Positions 60,951 through 64,000 of a stretch of DNA of 64,000 bases are shown piece by piece; within the stretch, counting starts at the first letter, position 1, and the number at the start of each line of letters is the position of its first letter. A program made the translations under genes and the position numbers. This DNA is from Alphaproteobacteria bacterium (GTDB lineage: Bacteria; Pseudomonadota; Alphaproteobacteria; RF32; CAG-239). The stretch spans positions 18,075 to 82,074 of the forward strand of contig JAZLAM010000006.1 of NCBI GenBank assembly GCA_045613125.1. The letters are read 5' to 3'. The notes under the pieces were generated by a model. It was not told where the DNA came from, did no database searches, and saw nothing but the letters and a program-made list of their open reading frames with translations.

Positions 60951-62504
60951 TTACTTCATTCCTACTTTACCCTTGTATTTAGGAGCTAAATAACTATATG
61001 AGCTACTCATAAGCAAACGACAAACTCTTTCAGTTATGTTTGTCTTGGAAAGATATAGCTCAAGTAACGCTTCTACATCATTTTTCGGCACTGCTTCACT
61101 GCCAATTTTCAAAAGGCTGATTAACCCCTCAATAGACAACTCCTGTTTTGTGATGTAAGGTCGCCAATAATCCATATATTTCGGCCAAGAGAACAATAAA
61201 GCTTCAACTTCAGGAAACAGTTTAATATCCCCGTTGTTCAATAATGAATTTCCGGCTTGTATCATATCAACTTGTGACCACATTTCCATGTCATATTGCG
61301 CAATTTGTTGCAACTCTTCCGATAATCTCTTAAACAAGTTTTCGCTAAGGTTTTTACCGGCGGTAAGAGCCAGAACAATTTCCTTTTTAAGGTCATTAGG
61401 ACAATCCTTATCGCTAAGTAAAACAACTACCAAATCTCTCTCTGCAATACTATACACGTATTTACGGTTACAACGCACAGACAGAAAAGCCAAACTTCTT
61501 TCTGTAAGAAGCTTAACTGCTTGAGCTCGTGAAAATGCATTACAAGGAAGCTCTTCATACACTTTTGCCAATTGTTCAACTAAATTGCAACTGCGTATGA
61601 GACTGAAAAGAATTTTACCTTTCGTCGCATCATCATACGGATAGTTTTGATATACCATCATAAACATTTCATTGTCGCAATAACTACATTTGGCAACTGC
61701 ATCGAGGAAGTTACTTGTCCAACGTTTGGAATTTTTTAAATATTCCAAAATGTTAGACATATGCAACTTAAGCACATCGTAAACCTTTTTACTATCTCTG
61801 CAATCTCTTACCTCTTGACTGATATTCACATACTTCATAGCTAAAGAAAGCCATATTGCTTGATCATGAATCGCCAAACGAGAATTGTAGTAATCATATA
61901 AAGGTCCACAGTTGTAATCATTGGCAAAAGCAGTAGGTTGTTTCTTAAACAGATGAGTAATCATCTCATTGATAGCCTGCGACGGATTACCGATTCCTTT
62001 ACCGACACGATCAATAGCCAGTTTAAACAATTCATTCAATTCCGGTATGTTATATAAATCAAGTATATAACGATAATCTCCGGTTTCAATTTTTTGTTCT
62101 AAGAACTTAACCAGCTCTACCTTGCCGAAAGTCAATATTTGCGGTATACCATAATTCTTCACAATATCTTCTATCTGCTTATTGGTAAATTCGACATTAC
62201 TGTCAAGAAGTGCCATTCGCACATGTTTCAGATTCAAAGACAATATGTGAAACTCCGTAGAATCAAGTTGCGCAGGAAATATGTTCTTGTCAAAAATTTC
62301 CCCAAGGATTTCCCACGACCAATAACGTTCACTGATTTCCGCATTACTGAGCTCTTTGATCATTTTGCGTTGCTCACTCAATGATGGAAGATACTGTCTA
62401 CCACAAGGATTACTCTTAAGAGTTTTGTGCTTGATACAATACTTCGGCGCAAAAAACGCCATAACCTTTGCTAAAAACAGGTTACATTTTTCATTTTTTT
62501 TCAT
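60951..62504 (-). CDS. Hypothetical ~500-520 aa protein, no recognisable domain (ORFan)
   Basis: Long uninterrupted frame between two terminators and def. It is predicted helical, with no signal peptide or TM helix. The start is uncertain: the track start at 62591 is a TTG, and ATG candidates are at 62567, 62504 and 62462. Confidence 0.6.
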   Translation of the reverse strand: MKKNEKCNLFLAKVMAFFAPKYCIKHKTLKSNPCGRQYLPSLSEQRKMIKELSNAEISERYWSWEILGEIFDKNIFPAQLDSTEFHILSLNLKHVRMALLDSNVEFTNKQIEDIVKNYGIPQILTFGKVELVKFLEQKIETGDYRYILDLYNIPELNELFKLAIDRVGKGIGNPSQAINEMITHLFKKQPTAFANDYNCGPLYDYYNSRLAIHDQAIWLSLAMKYVNISQEVRDCRDSKKVYDVLKLHMSNILEYLKNSKRWTSNFLDAVAKCSYCDNEMFMMVYQNYPYDDATKGKILFSLIRSCNLVEQLAKVYEELPCNAFSRAQAVKLLTERSLAFLSVRCNRKYVYSIAERDLVVVLLSDKDCPNDLKKEIVLALTAGKNLSENLFKRLSEELQQIAQYDMEMWSQVDMIQAGNSLLNNGDIKLFPEVEALLFSWPKYMDYWRPYITKQELSIEGLISLLKIGSEAVPKNDVEALLELYLSKTNITERVCRLLMSSSYSYLAPKYKGKVGMK

Positions 62505-62723
62505 AATACTGTTAAAATTTAAATTGTTAATAAAACATGTCAAATTAATTTTATTTAAATTTTGCATCCATTTTAAAAAAAACGCTGACAAAGCAACAAG
62601 TTTTCAAAGTAAGAATATATACATATCTATGGACACAAAAATTTTTTTACAGGTCATATTCTACTATAAAAAAAACAATTTGTCCACTGTTTAATGATTA
62701 TTTTTATTCATCTACATAGTGAA

Positions 62724-63251
62724 TTATTGTTGGCTTTGACGATATTTTTCCAGCTTTTTTAACAGCATATTTCTTTTTAACCGACTAATTCGGTCAATAT
62801 ATAAAATACCGTCTAAATGATCAATTTCATGTTGCAAGACAACTGCAAGATAGTCTTCAGCCTCTATTTCTTGCTCTTTTCCGTCATAATCTATATATCT
62901 TACCTTTATCTTGTAATGGCGTTCAACATCTGCTCTTTGATTCGGAACTGATAGGCATCCTTCACAAAAAAAGATGGTTTCTTCAGATTTATAAATTATC
63001 TCCGGATTAATCAAATACATAGGATTTCCGGCTTTCGGATTTCCGTCTTCATCTTTTTGTTCCGCATCAATTACAATCATGCGCTTAGAAACACCGACCT
63101 GAGGAGCTGCTAAACCCACACCTTTATCTGCATACATTGTTTCAAGCATGTCTCTTAAAAATTTTCTTATATCATCATCAACTTTTAAGACTCTTTCGGC
63201 TTTTTTCTCTAAAATCGGATGAGGATATTCATATAATTCTAAAACACTCAT
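62724..63251 (-). CDS. def: Peptide deformylase
   Basis: Motifs GVGLAAPQVG, EGCLSVP, QHEIDHLDG. Confidence 0.95.
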   Translation of the reverse strand: MSVLELYEYPHPILEKKAERVLKVDDDIRKFLRDMLETMYADKGVGLAAPQVGVSKRMIVIDAEQKDEDGNPKAGNPMYLINPEIIYKSEETIFFCEGCLSVPNQRADVERHYKIKVRYIDYDGKEQEIEAEDYLAVVLQHEIDHLDGILYIDRISRLKRNMLLKKLEKYRQSQQ

Positions 63252-63263
63252 TGATAACTCCGC

Positions 63264-63752
63264 CTAAATTCTAACACTATGAGCTATTTGGTCTAGCAAA
63301 GCATTTACCATCTTAGGTTCATTCTTATTAAAAAATGCATACGCTAAATCAACATATTCTTGTATCAAAACTTTAGTATCAACATCTGTTGTGTTGCTAA
63401 GTTCATAAACGGCACATAATAACAAAGCCTGTAAAGTTCCATTCATTCTATCAAATGGCCATTTATCATTTAAGAATAAACTCAAAGACTTTTCTATATC
63501 TTGCTTTTTGGTATGAACACCTCTTACCACATCTTCAAAATATTCTGTATCTATGGGTGAAACCTCAAGCATTTCTTCTGTTTCGGTATATGAATTTTCT
63601 TCAATTACATAACGACCTACTTTACCTTGAACAAAATCTTCAATTACGGCATCAACCGGAAGTTGACCATATGCGATCATATATGTTGCCTGAACCGCCG
63701 CCAAACGAGCTCCGGATTTTTTACGAATTTTTTTTGATACAAACTTTGTCAT
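63264..63752 (-). CDS. nusB: Transcription antitermination factor NusB
   Basis: 162 aa. GARLAAVQATYM at the N-terminus, all-helical, and located upstream of def and downstream of nrdR. Confidence 0.88.
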   Translation of the reverse strand: MTKFVSKKIRKKSGARLAAVQATYMIAYGQLPVDAVIEDFVQGKVGRYVIEENSYTETEEMLEVSPIDTEYFEDVVRGVHTKKQDIEKSLSLFLNDKWPFDRMNGTLQALLLCAVYELSNTTDVDTKVLIQEYVDLAYAFFNKNEPKMVNALLDQIAHSVRI

Positions 63753-63755
63753 TTT

Positions 63756-64000
63756 TTAATCTTCCTTATTGTTTTGTATAATAGGTTTTGCTAACTTATC
63801 TATCGTTTCAACAAAATCTTCAAAATCTTTTACCTCTTTAAAATCTTTATAAACTGAAGCAAATCTGATATAAGCTATATTATCAAGTCTTGAAAGAGAG
63901 TCCATAACTTTTTCACCGATAGCCTCAGTTGATATTTCGCTTTCACCTGAACTTTCAAAACTACGTTGAATATAATTGACCAATTTATCAACTCTTTCTG
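63756..64000 (-). CDS. nrdR: Transcriptional repressor NrdR, C-terminal (ATP-cone) part; gene runs off the right edge
   Basis: [26 protein letters not shown] matches the NrdR ATP-cone C-terminus. The frame is open to the window end. Confidence 0.85.
   Translation of the reverse strand, partial: ERVDKLVNYIQRSFESSGESEISTEAIGEKVMDSLSRLDNIAYIRFASVYKDFKEVKDFEDFVETIDKLAKPIIQNNKED

Overview
The window is a gene-dense, AT-rich, mostly housekeeping chromosomal segment from an alphaproteobacterium. The lineage call rests on a CcrM-type GANTC methyltransferase, LpxI in place of LpxH, a separate F0 operon atpI-atpB-atpE-atpF'-atpF with duplicated b subunits, alpha-type AddB, a DUF721/DciA-like gene and an NFU-type scaffold. 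Short or overlapping gene junctions suggest a streamlined, possibly host-associated genome. I cannot name the organism. I found no rRNA, tRNA, CRISPR array, IS element or prophage. Core content includes rdgB-rph-aroK, xerD, sucCD, sufS-sufT-sufE, comEC, lpxB/lpxI, map, radC, prmA, pepP, ruvAB-ybgC, rlmE, ccrM, cca, groESL, aas, truB-rpsO-pnp, mlaAC, plsY, dprA, topA, infA, gloB, nfu, murJ, def, nusB and nrdR. Five places are not ordinary. (1) A tightly coupled cassette at 28.7-31.8 kb encodes a retropepsin-like 'ATP-dependent zinc protease', a Cys-less transglutaminase-like 7TM protein and a RimK-related ATP-grasp ligase. This association has been noted computationally but, to my knowledge, never characterised. 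It lies behind an OprB-like porin and has no terminator before an N-terminally extended cyclophilin. (2) A promoter-equipped pair of secreted, very cysteine-rich proteins at 23.5-25.2 kb shares a four-fold repeated 4-Cys module, and one carries a DUF1566/Lcl-like C-terminal domain. (3) Two tandem short-form Ppx/GppA paralogs sit at 33.6-35.6 kb. (4) A roughly 520 aa ORFan and a small stand-alone gene lie at 60.5-62.6 kb. (5) There is a single-PQ-loop SemiSWEET. Function calls come from my reading of the translated ORFs and motif memory; no searches were run.
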